A stretch of DNA of 64,000 bases, taken from an uncultured Eubacteriales bacterium. Its GTDB lineage: Bacteria; Bacillota; Clostridia; Oscillospirales; CAG-272. The position numbers and the translations under genes were made by a program. A model generated the notes under the pieces. The model searched no databases. It saw only the letters and a program-made list of their open reading frames with translations, and was not told where the DNA came from. Where the stretch lies: contig CAJKPX010000007.1 in the NCBI GenBank assembly GCA_905201895.1, positions 3,240 through 67,239 of the forward strand, read 5' to 3'. This document shows positions 27,201 to 35,578 of this stretch, piece after piece. Positions within the stretch are counted from its first letter, which is position 1. Every line of letters starts with the position of its first letter.

Positions 27201-29879
27201 TTTGGTGACGTAGTTATCACCGAGGAATGTACGCGAGATCGACGAGAAGGATTTTCTTGTGTTGTCCTTTTCCTCCTCTTCCTCTCCCGTCACAGTGGGC
27301 TTGGGCATCGATTTCTTAATCCGAGTCAGACCGCCCTCCTCCGATGCATTTGCCTGCGCATTGCGCTCTGCAAAGGAGTCGAACATCTTCTTATAGGTGC
27401 GGTAGAATTTCTTCGCGTAGCCGGAAAGCCGCTCATTCGGATCATTCGATGCATTCTTGAAGAAATTGAGAATCTTATCCTTGAGGGTAGGCTCCACCTC
27501 AAGAAGCTTTTCAAGCACGTTTTTGTTGCCGAGGATGTCCTCTGCATGATATGCGCTGATCTCGTCAAGATAGAGCTCTGTGCGGCTCACGTCGGTATCC
27601 TGATCGGCATACGCCGCAATGATCTTCTCTTGAATCTCGGGCGATACGCGCTTGAGCGCCTCCTTGTATGGGATAACGGCATGAACCTTGCCATCCTTTC
27701 CGAGATACTGTCGGATCGCATGGTCAAGCTCGTGGATCAGAATGCGCTCCGCGCCTCTCTTGGAGTTGGGATTTACCACAAAGCGATTCTTCTCCCCGTC
27801 ATAGAGTGCGCTCTCTCCCTCCTTGAGCGAGGAATCGAACACAACGTCAACGCCCGACCGAGCGGATACTCTCGCGTACAGAAGCGCATCGGCATCGCTG
27901 ATGCCTTTTGCCTTTGCATCGCGGATCACCTTGCGGATCATTCCCTTGTTCGGCTCGTTGAGCTCGGAATAGCCGTCCACGTTCTCTCTCGCATAGGTGT
28001 CTGCCTCTGCCGCTTCTCGTTGGAGTCGAGCGGCTTCATCGACCTGCTTCTGCACGTCTTCCATGATTGCAGTTTTTTCGGTGTTGTAGGATGCGAGGCG
28101 TTTGTTCACGTCGGATGCAGTAAGGCTCTTGGTGGTGTATCCGCTCTTGTAATCGTGGATCAGATACGAATCGCCATCTTTGGAAACGCCAATGTCGAGG
28201 CTTCCGTCGGTGTATCGGGCAGATTGACCGTTCTTGAGGTTGATCCGCTTGGGAATCGATCTCGCAGACTCCGCAGGGATTGCTTGGAGCATCTTGGTGC
28301 GCTCTCTTGTGCTGACGTTCTGCTGAACGCCACCGTTCTCAATGAATTGCTCAATCTTTTTGGCAAAGGAATCCGAATCGAGGCTTGCCCAGCTATCAAT
28401 GCCAAGAGCCTGCGACACCGCATTGATCTCCTGCGAGGTTGCCGTCTCCAAAAATCTGTTGAAATCCACCTGCGAGGCAAGCTTTCTTCCTGCGAGCGTT
28501 GCATGGGTGAATTGCGCAGAATCAAGAAGCAGCTTACCCGTTGCATCCGACACCGCAAGGCTACGAAGCGTTTCGTTCTCGCGCAGTGCCTTGTAGATGG
28601 AGGACGGATTGCTTGGATCATATCCCTTCGTAATCTCTTCTGCGGTGACAGAGTATGTCTGTCCCGTTGTCTTGTGCTTGTATCCGTATTCCGAGAGTCT
28701 CTGTGCCACCTGCGGCGCGTTGCTAACAATGTTCAAGGCTCTCTGTGCCACAAACATATTTGCAGACGTTGCCACATTCTGCCGATAGAGGTCACCGAGA
28801 AGCTTCTTCTGTGTCACGGTGACCACCTGACCGCCCGTCTGCTGCAGGCTCTGCGAGAGCTTGTTTCGCGTATCCTCAATGGTCTTGAACACCTCGTCAT
28901 CCACGTTGTTTTCGGTTGCCCAAGAAGAAAGATCGTTTGCAGTGTTGAGCACCTCGGTAGCACCGCCTCTGTTGGCGATATTCGTGCCCTTTGCAAAGCT
29001 TGTGCCGGAATCAAACACAACGCCGGTGCCGCCCATGACCACGCCGCTCAAGCCGCCTACAAAGCCCGAATAGAGCACCTCTTGAGGCGTTGCAAATGCC
29101 GCGCTTGGGTCATAGGTCATGCGCTTCCATACGGGATCAAGGATCTCGGAGGTTGCTTCCTCAAAGAATTCTCCTGCGAAGCTCGATGCGAGCGTTTTCA
29201 AAGCGCCCTGCTTTGCCACCGTCTTTGCGGTCTCCTTTCCGAGAGCCTTTGCAAAGCTCTTTACAACCGCACCGCCTCCGAGCGACAATGCCGTTGTTAC
29301 GCCCTCCAGAGAGCCCTCTGTAAAGCCCGACAAAGCACCGTATCCGTAGGTCTTTGCATCGAGGTTGCCCGTTTCCTTGTAGGCACTCTTAACGGCGTTA
29401 CCTGCCGCGCCAAGACCCGAAGTGACCGCCGCGCCAAGAGGTGCAAGAGCCGCCGCAAAGCTTCCTGCTCCCGCTCCGCCCGTGGCAACAGTGATTGCGG
29501 TAGCGGCGATAAGACCGGGCAAGCTCGTTCCAATGCCGCCTGCAACATCTCCCGCCGTCTTCATGAATCCGCTCGGATTGTACCATTCTTCGGGATGGCT
29601 ATACCAATCGCCAAACCAATCGTTTGCGATGATATCCTCCGCCCACTCATCGTTCCCAAAAAGCTTTGCCAAGCCGGAGGTGACGTAGTCGACACCGCCC
29701 TCAATGCTAGACACAAATCCTACGGCGAGCTTTTCGGCAAGGAAACCGAGACCGCCAAGCAGACCACCGTTGTTGGTGGTCGCTTGTGTGTTTGCGGTCT
29801 GGCTTGAGGCATTCCAATTCGTGTATAAAGTTTTTTGCTTCTCCACCTTTGGCGAAGAAGAAAAGGAATAGATTGCCAT
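21228..29879 (-). CDS. Giant (2883 aa) virion-associated multidomain 'polyvalent'-type protein with HExxH zincin motif
   Basis: Single uninterrupted ORF between the portal-proximal gene and the scaffold. Gly/Ala-rich hydrophobic N-terminus, an ILIHELDHAIRQY (HExxH) segment, a Cys-containing globular middle (QPCRECYVESMRKN), a coiled-coil (KKLKAEAKEVNKRAKELDKKIKEF) and a large C-terminal region. Confidence 0.6.
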   Translation of the reverse strand: MAIYSFSSSPKVEKQKTLYTNWNASSQTANTQATTNNGGLLGGLGFLAEKLAVGFVSSIEGGVDYVTSGLAKLFGNDEWAEDIIANDWFGDWYSHPEEWYNPSGFMKTAGDVAGGIGTSLPGLIAATAITVATGGAGAGSFAAALAPLGAAVTSGLGAAGNAVKSAYKETGNLDAKTYGYGALSGFTEGSLEGVTTALSLGGGAVVKSFAKALGKETAKTVAKQGALKTLASSFAGEFFEEATSEILDPVWKRMTYDPSAAFATPQEVLYSGFVGGLSGVVMGGTGVVFDSGTSFAKGTNIANRGGATEVLNTANDLSSWATENNVDDEVFKTIEDTRNKLSQSLQQTGGQVVTVTQKKLLGDLYRQNVATSANMFVAQRALNIVSNAPQVAQRLSEYGYKHKTTGQTYSVTAEEITKGYDPSNPSSIYKALRENETLRSLAVSDATGKLLLDSAQFTHATLAGRKLASQVDFNRFLETATSQEINAVSQALGIDSWASLDSDSFAKKIEQFIENGGVQQNVSTRERTKMLQAIPAESARSIPKRINLKNGQSARYTDGSLDIGVSKDGDSYLIHDYKSGYTTKSLTASDVNKRLASYNTEKTAIMEDVQKQVDEAARLQREAAEADTYARENVDGYSELNEPNKGMIRKVIRDAKAKGISDADALLYARVSARSGVDVVFDSSLKEGESALYDGEKNRFVVNPNSKRGAERILIHELDHAIRQYLGKDGKVHAVIPYKEALKRVSPEIQEKIIAAYADQDTDVSRTELYLDEISAYHAEDILGNKNVLEKLLEVEPTLKDKILNFFKNASNDPNERLSGYAKKFYRTYKKMFDSFAERNAQANASEEGGLTRIKKSMPKPTVTGEEEEEKDNTRKSFSSISRTFLGDNYVTKEGKGAEEISVEEFKSIDYRETEGYRNYVQECLDNMRQSIPDFNEQDARKEIEDSIQGIVDVAVAMKEAGYDIIDDPTWRENGEVRKDSKKRALFSSLEPNSDYFTSSDISTICDKRKNFAEIYDDIVREEERRGVPESKRFFKNVDNYFYIHKVLADKGLTQPCRECYVESMRKNLAPMAEAFRTLITESNESNTSNPQLYEQSGKKKGQLKSNNSETRKFVRDALAEYEVSPESITIDMLSTEDGLATLKIQMPLVYEAFNSFYGQSKPKMPRGATPFRFGELTALLTKDDGTINKSLVKKIASTGGFRLQSYSDFQIQNFVDVLQVLFEAGTLGLTGHAYTKVPAFLEATKNTNLKRNISIFMYNDEGVWKIDRNDSFPMSLEEIYKVVDSDKSGNTGIIAVSQNEKMAAWVMANDDVAYFIPFHKSGVKMGTVRETIVREGGREILGYADIKDHTRQQSEVYADTADGHKANTKVKKPIDIYSFWDFENTENLSQKDLIKKNLTAYIDECKKAGYKPKFREYVENNASVLKNILRYGKELGYLTEDATIDDISFEHGGYRIPYGYYKCLVDYNLFTPDGKASPAERLSLKNYKFDEAVEFFKDSEKLRRTELLQQFANDGERQKYAKLAAEGMSNAELEKVIRQKRQEVVSEILDQGNSKSVRKAIDFEPVSHNTGYAPSADAYSYESLTKKRDLSVVTFPTELPMTENGKVDTNAVVARGRLNARKQKNPNNTETSTYVRVDDIGLDVLLSKNGMTHGIARSQETAFAVMKIGDVLKNSVAVNELNGSATRKAEMSYVLLGACRDSENLYVVRSVVSKLENNVTEIDVYQLSAVKGKKTETPTSALGGTAVTEQSSLISSESPIVSIADFLEYVKSIPLSNEVFSEDVAKKLGVERTKGTLSGDIRYAIDIDEAIEATRASISMEEESYKPSKRDKAFSLWTQFQIAVTNEQAGIEVIGKQLGIKDIESKVQAVRAARTEANEMIGGQQMRIGVSADKDNMDTLVQGEGLIPIMNPITKQGEKVTADFFGYLFHKHNLSRMTLKKRSMEWHQADIDNLKKDVAKINALKKEIDALEKQIAALGRTRHDMEIKKGLRERVKKLKAEAKEVNKRAKELDKKIKEFMPLEDKPVIGWTKDEDGHIIPTTPGEDATPVTAEESEELVARYEKDHPEFAEQAEKLWGFLKNLNQYRVDTGLLSKDNFDYLAELYPHYVPTYRVDTKKGIGATEGKYNMAVKTTVKTAKGSTKRLQNPDKIIARQVMETIVAGRVNQLANALYDASVEKGDTTHIEVVSRKKMTPEEAAAYDPTEHRPKDNEITFFKDGERITIRVSKEIFAGFDAFSPKTDIGNPLIDLVSASNKLFKRGVTSLNPAFLLRNTIRDIQDAGINTRFGKTFLKNYAIAQKEIATNGKYWQLYRAYGGFASTVFDFEKGTDGSQNSWGLTKAEGNIVKKTMTTIENANSFVEQLPRLAEFISSIEAGNSVEQAILDSADVTTNFARGGKLAKALNRTVMPFLNPSIQGFSKMVRNVTAVRTVKEAAILALKATIVGIAPMVLNMIMNGDDEDYKKLRDSDKENNFLIKAGDTFIKIPRGRVASALGGLVNRSVEAAQGEVVDWKDYADNVLQQVSPVDSMTRTILSPFFDVATNTTWYGTAIEGRQFENVAPKDRFDENTSVIAIAIAKAHDFVGLEASPKKIHYLLDQYSGVIGDFILPATTPKEEKDFFTGNFTLDPVMSNKLSTRFYDIYDEAQYADTAGDDTAKYQVRYLNRVKKAISNMYKEKSKTQNNSELSRAEKLEQTRVIQVLINKAYETAIDDYELMTKAIEATSSIEEEDIRFAEAYRLVYGAQASLEQYNKDVYEKMQYLNKGGVDYDSLYSFYFGTRGITSDKDRKGNTIAGSKRKKVVSYINKLGLSRNQKLLLIASMGYSPADGDVVGMDAESAKKSLLRYILTLKGASKEERAEIASICGFETKNGAILNTFHAKTA

Positions 29880-29891
29880 AATGCCTCCTTG

Positions 29892-32800
29892 TTAGAATTT
29901 GTTATCGTTGTTGCCCTCGTGCTCAAGGACCGTGGTGCTGTTGTGGGGGATGTTTTCGTTCTTGCCTTTGATTATTCCAATCAACTCTTTAATATTATAA
30001 ATTCCGATTGGTTTTCGCCACATTCCCCGATCATAAATATAGACATCGTTTCCGCCCCAAACAACCAGATTTCCTTCTTTGGGATTTGGAATGGCTATTT
30101 TTAAAAGATCAGAAATCGTATTGTCCGCAACATCAGTTCTTGTCATTAGGTAGTCCTTGCCATTCGACAATGAGAAGTAGTAGTTTCCGCCGTCAAGATA
30201 TGTGTTTCCGGTCACATCATTAGAAAGATGAACCATTTTTGTCGCAAGATCTTTCTTAATTTGTTTGGCGTGCCTCTCTGCGATTTTGTGGTCTTTTTCA
30301 AGGGTAGATACACTATTTACAAAAGCAGAGAGTTCTTCATCCGTATTAACATCCTTTATCTGGCTCTCAAGTGCGGAAGCATAATAGTTCTGATATGTTC
30401 CGTGATCAATCGTCTTCGCGCCGTATGCCGACTCAATAGCATCAACAAACGACTCAAAGTCACCGCTCTCAATGTACGATTCGATATCTTCCACGATTTT
30501 CGCATCTCGCTCAGCTTTCAATGCATCCACATCCTCTTGGGTGAGACCCTCATCCAGCAAAGATTCGATCTCCGTATCCGTAGTGTCGGATGTCACCATG
30601 CCCTTGTAAGCATCGACAATGCCCTGATGCTCCGCTTCTGCCTCATCCAGCTCGGCTTGCTCCGCTTCCTCGACAGAGGTGGCGTAATCATCTGCCGCTC
30701 CCTCAATCGCGCGAATCTGATCCTCGGAGAGACCAAGATCACGTGCCAACTGCAGTGCTTGCTCCTTGGTGTAGCTTCCGGAGTTTACACCCTCAAGAAG
30801 CGATGCAAAATCTCTGGTTGCTTGGGTGCTCTCATTCCTGGTGCCTTCAAGATAGTCAAGCCAGCTGCTCGTTTCGGTCTCGCGCTTGGCATCCGATGCG
30901 GCTTTGTCAGACTTCATCTTGTCAATCTCGGCATTTGTCATGCCCTCGTTGTAAGCCTTGTTCGCATCCGCTACGGACTGCTTGTGTGTTGCATTTGCCT
31001 CCGCATCCGCTTTAATCTTGTCAAGCCCTGCCTGGGTTGCGGTTTCGTTGTATTCCATGTTCGCGTTATGCTCTGCGGCATCTCTTTCGAGGTTGGCGGC
31101 GTAGAAACCCTCCTCATATTTGCGGTTCGCATCCGCTACGTCTTTGGTATAATTGCTTTCCGCCGTATACTGATTTTGACGGTGAGCAGAATCCGCTCCA
31201 AGCACCTTATTGTCATGCTCTCTTTGCGCATTGTAGATCGCGTTGTCGCGCTCACTCTCCGCACCAAGAAGATTGGTCTGATAGGTGGTATCGATCTCGT
31301 AATTTCGATTGATTCTGTTGATGTCAGCTTGATGCATCCGTTGCAGATATTCCGCTTCGGCTTGACGTTCTGCCTCGCTTTGGACATATCCTGCCTCACG
31401 CTTTACGCCTGCCGCTTGAGCATTTGCCGCTTGAGTCTCCGCTCTTTGCATAGCATATGCTTGGTTATCAAGATACGCGCTATATCCACCCGCATTGAGC
31501 CCCATGCTTGCCATCTGCTCCGCTTTTGACCCGTAGGTAGCAAGGCTCTGCTCGTAGGAATTACGCGCATCAATCACGGCTCTTTCGCGCTCTCGATCCG
31601 CATCCGCAACAGCCTTATCATATGCGGCTTTGGCGGATTCGGCGGCGTTTTGCTTGAGTTGCGCGGCAAGACCGACGTCCTTGTTGTAAATATCGTCCGA
31701 CATCGTCTTTCCGGTGGCAAGTTGAGTATCGAGCGCGGTCTTGATCTTGTCAAAAGCATCTTCGTGGTATTCCGTATCCTTCTGCAAACGCTCTGCGGCG
31801 GCAAGATAAACGGCATCACGCTCCACGTTTGACATCGACAAGAGAATAGCCTTCTGATCCTCTGCAAGCGAAATTCCGTCCTCAAGCATCTTTGTGATGT
31901 AATCTATAGTTGTGCTATAGTTATTCTCTGCATAATCGATTTCGGCGGTTTTCTTTTGCCCTGCATATTCCATGATCTTATCGTAGGTCTCCTGCGACAA
32001 GCTATCCAGAATCACTTTGATATCATTTGCAATAGCAAGGTCTGTTCCGCGGTTTTCTGTGAGAGCGGCTACAAGCTTATTAAACACCGCTTGACCCAAT
32101 GCCATATCCGAGTTGTATTTCTCATTTGCAAATGCAAGAAGAGCATCGTATTCTGCTTGTCTCGTGGATTCGGTCATGGTCGGATCGACAGATGTTCCCG
32201 CAGGGGAAGTAGAAGTGCCGGCAGCAACCTCTGTATTTGCTCCAGCCCCGTTTTCCGTGGTGTTAGTTTTAACCTCTTCACCCTCATCATCTCCTTGGAT
32301 GTATGGAGTCGCTGTTTGATCGTCAACAGGACGATCAGCCTTTTGATCAAGCCCTGCGAGCACCTCGGCGGTCTCCTTGTCATTCTCCTTGGTTACATCG
32401 CTTGTACCTGGCTTTTCCGTTTCAGAAGCGATGAATTCCTCATAGGTCATGGGAGGGGCTTCCACTTCTTCGCTCATTGTAGGAGCATTGTCGGGTGCAT
32501 TAGGGTATCCGTTTCCTACCGTGGTATTTCCGGACTGATTTGAACCTACCTCGTTATGATCGTTTTGCGGCTCGGTCGGTGTGGTAGGCGTTGTCGGCTC
32601 GGCATCTCCGTTTACATAATCGCCGTAGGATGTATTATCCGTAGTCGGCTTGGAAGGAGGATTGCTCGGCGTGTTGTTTTCTGGAACAGACGGTGTGCTT
32701 GTAGTGCCTGCTCCAGCCGTTGCTCCAGCCGCTCCGTTTGTCGGTGTGGTGGGCGTGGTAGGAGCCACATTGCCAAAATCGGGGTTCGGGTCTCTTGATT

Positions 32801-33629
32801 GGGGAGGGAGATTGGCGGCAGGGTCTTCCGTTTTCGGAGCATCCGCGTTTACGTAGTCTCTTCCGTATGTCGCGTTTCCACTCAATTCGGGGTTGGGGTC
32901 TACCAACTGCTGCGGCAGGTTCTGCTTCGGATCTTCTGCCGTTTCTTGTTTTTCTCCAAGATTTGGATTCGGGTCTACCAACTGAGGAAGCAAATCTTGT
33001 TTGGGGTCTTCTGCTTTAGAGTCTCCGTTTACATAATCGTTTCCGTATGTAGGAGTCGGCTCCGTCAATTGCGGATTAGGGTCTCTAAGCTGAGGATGGA
33101 CTTGCGGCTCTTCCTTTTTCTCCGGCTCCGATGAAGGTGTAGTAGGTGTAGTGGGAGCGGAAGCGGAAGGAAAAGGAAAAGGGAGTGTAGTAGGTGTAGT
33201 AGGTGTAGTAAGAGTAGTAGGTGTAGTAGGAGTGTAAGGGAAAGGAAAAATAGGTGTGGTAGGTGTAGTAGGAGCGGCGGGCTCGGTTTTTTTACTATCC
33301 GTAGCTTCATCTTCCATGCTCCAACGCGTTTCTGCATTAGAGGTGTCGAATTCTTTCGCCTCGCCCACCTTGAGCCCAGCCAATGCATATGCATCGGCGT
33401 TGACCGATCCCGTGCGCTCAAGACCATTGTTTTTCTGCCAAGCGCGCGTGGCGATCTGGGTGATCTTGTCAAATACTCCGCTCGCAGTGACACCATAGCC
33501 CTGCGACATGAGATATTCTTGCCACTTTTTGACCTCTGCGCCCTCCGCGCCGAGAGAAAGCAAAAAGCCCTGACCACTGTTTCCCGCGCCGGCGTTGCCG
33601 GTCTCGATGCCGTGGTTTACGATTGCCAT
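29892..33629 (-). CDS. Large (1245 aa) virion protein: N-terminal peptidoglycan-binding domain, P/T-rich repeats, long coiled-coil
   Basis: N-terminus (EVKKWQEYLMSQGYGVTASGVFDKITQIATRAWQKNNGLERTGSV) matches PG_binding_1-type repeats. This is followed by TTPTTP runs and DPNP(Q/N/E/D)(L/F) repeats, then an Ala/Glu/Asn-rich helical region. Confidence 0.55.
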   Translation of the reverse strand: MAIVNHGIETGNAGAGNSGQGFLLSLGAEGAEVKKWQEYLMSQGYGVTASGVFDKITQIATRAWQKNNGLERTGSVNADAYALAGLKVGEAKEFDTSNAETRWSMEDEATDSKKTEPAAPTTPTTPIFPFPYTPTTPTTLTTPTTPTTLPFPFPSASAPTTPTTPSSEPEKKEEPQVHPQLRDPNPQLTEPTPTYGNDYVNGDSKAEDPKQDLLPQLVDPNPNLGEKQETAEDPKQNLPQQLVDPNPELSGNATYGRDYVNADAPKTEDPAANLPPQSRDPNPDFGNVAPTTPTTPTNGAAGATAGAGTTSTPSVPENNTPSNPPSKPTTDNTSYGDYVNGDAEPTTPTTPTEPQNDHNEVGSNQSGNTTVGNGYPNAPDNAPTMSEEVEAPPMTYEEFIASETEKPGTSDVTKENDKETAEVLAGLDQKADRPVDDQTATPYIQGDDEGEEVKTNTTENGAGANTEVAAGTSTSPAGTSVDPTMTESTRQAEYDALLAFANEKYNSDMALGQAVFNKLVAALTENRGTDLAIANDIKVILDSLSQETYDKIMEYAGQKKTAEIDYAENNYSTTIDYITKMLEDGISLAEDQKAILLSMSNVERDAVYLAAAERLQKDTEYHEDAFDKIKTALDTQLATGKTMSDDIYNKDVGLAAQLKQNAAESAKAAYDKAVADADRERERAVIDARNSYEQSLATYGSKAEQMASMGLNAGGYSAYLDNQAYAMQRAETQAANAQAAGVKREAGYVQSEAERQAEAEYLQRMHQADINRINRNYEIDTTYQTNLLGAESERDNAIYNAQREHDNKVLGADSAHRQNQYTAESNYTKDVADANRKYEEGFYAANLERDAAEHNANMEYNETATQAGLDKIKADAEANATHKQSVADANKAYNEGMTNAEIDKMKSDKAASDAKRETETSSWLDYLEGTRNESTQATRDFASLLEGVNSGSYTKEQALQLARDLGLSEDQIRAIEGAADDYATSVEEAEQAELDEAEAEHQGIVDAYKGMVTSDTTDTEIESLLDEGLTQEDVDALKAERDAKIVEDIESYIESGDFESFVDAIESAYGAKTIDHGTYQNYYASALESQIKDVNTDEELSAFVNSVSTLEKDHKIAERHAKQIKKDLATKMVHLSNDVTGNTYLDGGNYYFSLSNGKDYLMTRTDVADNTISDLLKIAIPNPKEGNLVVWGGNDVYIYDRGMWRKPIGIYNIKELIGIIKGKNENIPHNSTTVLEHEGNNDNKF

Positions 33630-33631
33630 TA

Positions 33632-35578
33632 TTATTTACCTCCTGCGATATAGTTTGCGAGATATGCCTCATATCTCGATCGGTTGTCAACCTCCGCCTG
33701 GAGATCCTCAACCTGATTTTGCATCATCTGCATCTCTTGCTGACGAGCGATCTCCTCGCGGAGTCGCTCCACGTTATCATGGGCAAACGGATAGTGTGCG
33801 CTCTCCATATTAAGCCAGAAGATCAGCAGTGCGCGAGGGTCTTGAGGATTGCCATAAGCGCCTTGCTGGAAGTTCAAGCGGTTCTCCTGCCAAAGCATAT
33901 CCCTCTGCCGCTCAACGTCAACGCTTGCATCCGCAGAGAAGAGATACTCGTTGTTGTAGTAGTATACTCCAGCCTCGTCGCGCTCGACGAAATCGTAGCG
34001 GTTGAACGTACTGTTTTGAAGCTTGCCCATCGCATCGCGGTAAACGGAGGGTCTCGGCTCGTCCGCATATGCAAGGTAGTATTGGAAGATGATCTTATCA
34101 ATATCCGCATACGCCGCATTTTTCATTTGCCGCTTGGAGTCGAGCCGTCCAGCCGCCTGCTGAATCTGCAATTGCTTTGCCTTGCCGCTCTGCGCACTGC
34201 TATCCCTCTGCCCTTGATAGGAGTCGGTGATACCGAGTATGCGCTTTGCTTGATCGTAGATGCGGTCAGATGCCGCCTGATCGCGCGAAATATCGACGGA
34301 TAGGTCTACCCTGCCAAACAAAGAGAAATTGCTCTGATTTGCCCTGAACGCCTTTTTGAAAATGCTATTGTCAAGTTCGATGTCGACGTCATCGGGGACG
34401 ATGGGATATACTCCGCTCGAAATGATCTTCTCCATGATGCGAGACTCAATCTTGTTGATCGCCTGCTGCTGCGGACGGATAAATTCACAGTCAGACTGTC
34501 CAAACAAGGACTCCTCCTGCGACGTATTTTTGCGGATGACGATCGGGAGGAGAGTCGGTCGGTAGAACGGTATCTTTGTAGCCTCCATCTTGGGGACTTG
34601 TACCTCGATCATGCCCGGCACAAGCACTCCGTTGACAAGGTCCATCGCCACGTTGCCGCTCGGATCGATCGCCTGCCTCTGCTCGGTTGTCATAACGATC
34701 TGTCCGTCCTTGATCACCTCGCTTGCCGCGGGGATGTAGCCTCCATCCGAGAGAGGGATGTCTCGATCAAGCTCCTCATACTCGTCGCTCTGCAACTCAT
34801 AGTCGGACTCCTTGTTGCCCTCACAGGTGCAGATTTCCTTTCGTTTGCCGCACTTCTTGCAGACGTACTTCTTGCGGGCGTAGTAATCCTCAATGTCAAC
34901 AATCTCGGTATCCGCGCTCCAGATGTACTGACACACCTTGTCATCGTCATCTTTGTAGTAGCAGACATACAGTGTCGCAGTCTTGTCATCGGCATTGTCC
35001 TCCGACTCTGCCTCCTCTGCCACATCAACGGATACTCCGTATTTGCGCATGATCTCCTCTTTTGTGGTCTCAAACTCGACAAAGCAATACTCCATCTCGT
35101 TTATGTCAAAGATGTGCGGCTGACCCGTAAATTTCTTGGGGCTCAAGCAAGAGACCTTGACATCTCCCACAGTGTTATGTGTCACAACAGACTCGTCCCA
35201 CTCTACAAGCCACACAGAGCCTCCGTAGATCGGGTTGTATCGCTCGTCAATATCGTTCATGACCTCAAAAGGTAGGTCATCTCGCTTGTTGCGGAGCATT
35301 GTCTCAATCCGCTTGGCATTGCGCTCGTTACGCTCGCTCCACATCTTTGGCTTGACGGATGGGTTGGGGATGTAGCTCGTCACCTGCGACTCGACAAGCT
35401 CGTAGGTGATATTACGGATTTGTGTAGCCTCAACATCCGACCCGTCGATCGCGCGGTCTCCCTTGTATTGCCGCAGATGCTGGTCGAGCTTGCCGTATAG
35501 CTCCTCCATCTCACCCCGCGCGTCTTGGTATAAATCCTGAAAAAATCTGAGCTTTGACTCGCTCTTATCGATCATCAT
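33632..35578 (-). CDS. Portal protein
   Basis: 648-aa ORF overlapping the terL stop (ATGA-type coupling). Size and position are canonical. Contains a CxxC-x6-CxC insertion (aa 240-252). Confidence 0.7.
   Translation of the reverse strand: MMIDKSESKLRFFQDLYQDARGEMEELYGKLDQHLRQYKGDRAIDGSDVEATQIRNITYELVESQVTSYIPNPSVKPKMWSERNERNAKRIETMLRNKRDDLPFEVMNDIDERYNPIYGGSVWLVEWDESVVTHNTVGDVKVSCLSPKKFTGQPHIFDINEMEYCFVEFETTKEEIMRKYGVSVDVAEEAESEDNADDKTATLYVCYYKDDDDKVCQYIWSADTEIVDIEDYYARKKYVCKKCGKRKEICTCEGNKESDYELQSDEYEELDRDIPLSDGGYIPAASEVIKDGQIVMTTEQRQAIDPSGNVAMDLVNGVLVPGMIEVQVPKMEATKIPFYRPTLLPIVIRKNTSQEESLFGQSDCEFIRPQQQAINKIESRIMEKIISSGVYPIVPDDVDIELDNSIFKKAFRANQSNFSLFGRVDLSVDISRDQAASDRIYDQAKRILGITDSYQGQRDSSAQSGKAKQLQIQQAAGRLDSKRQMKNAAYADIDKIIFQYYLAYADEPRPSVYRDAMGKLQNSTFNRYDFVERDEAGVYYYNNEYLFSADASVDVERQRDMLWQENRLNFQQGAYGNPQDPRALLIFWLNMESAHYPFAHDNVERLREEIARQQEMQMMQNQVEDLQAEVDNRSRYEAYLANYIAGGK

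Noticed and set aside
22098-29807. Long plus-strand ORFs opposite the 2883-aa phage gene (837 aa at 22098-24611, 296 aa at 25524-26414, 897 aa at 27114-29807). Similar ones lie opposite the 1245-aa gene (30228-31529), the capsid (18448-19854) and the scaffold (19999-20862).
   Set aside because: - They lack RBSs.
- Their composition is L/R/C-rich mirror-image sequence.
- Each is fully nested antisense to an ORF with clear phage-protein character. I treat them as shadow ORFs.
21228-29879. The 2883-aa protein could be a tape-measure protein of a long-tailed phage.
   Set aside because: - It is encoded between the portal-proximal gene and the scaffold/capsid genes, not after tail-tube/chaperone genes. 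No tail tube, sheath or frameshifted chaperone pair is present.
- It contains enzyme-like segments, including HExxH.
- Some uncertainty remains.
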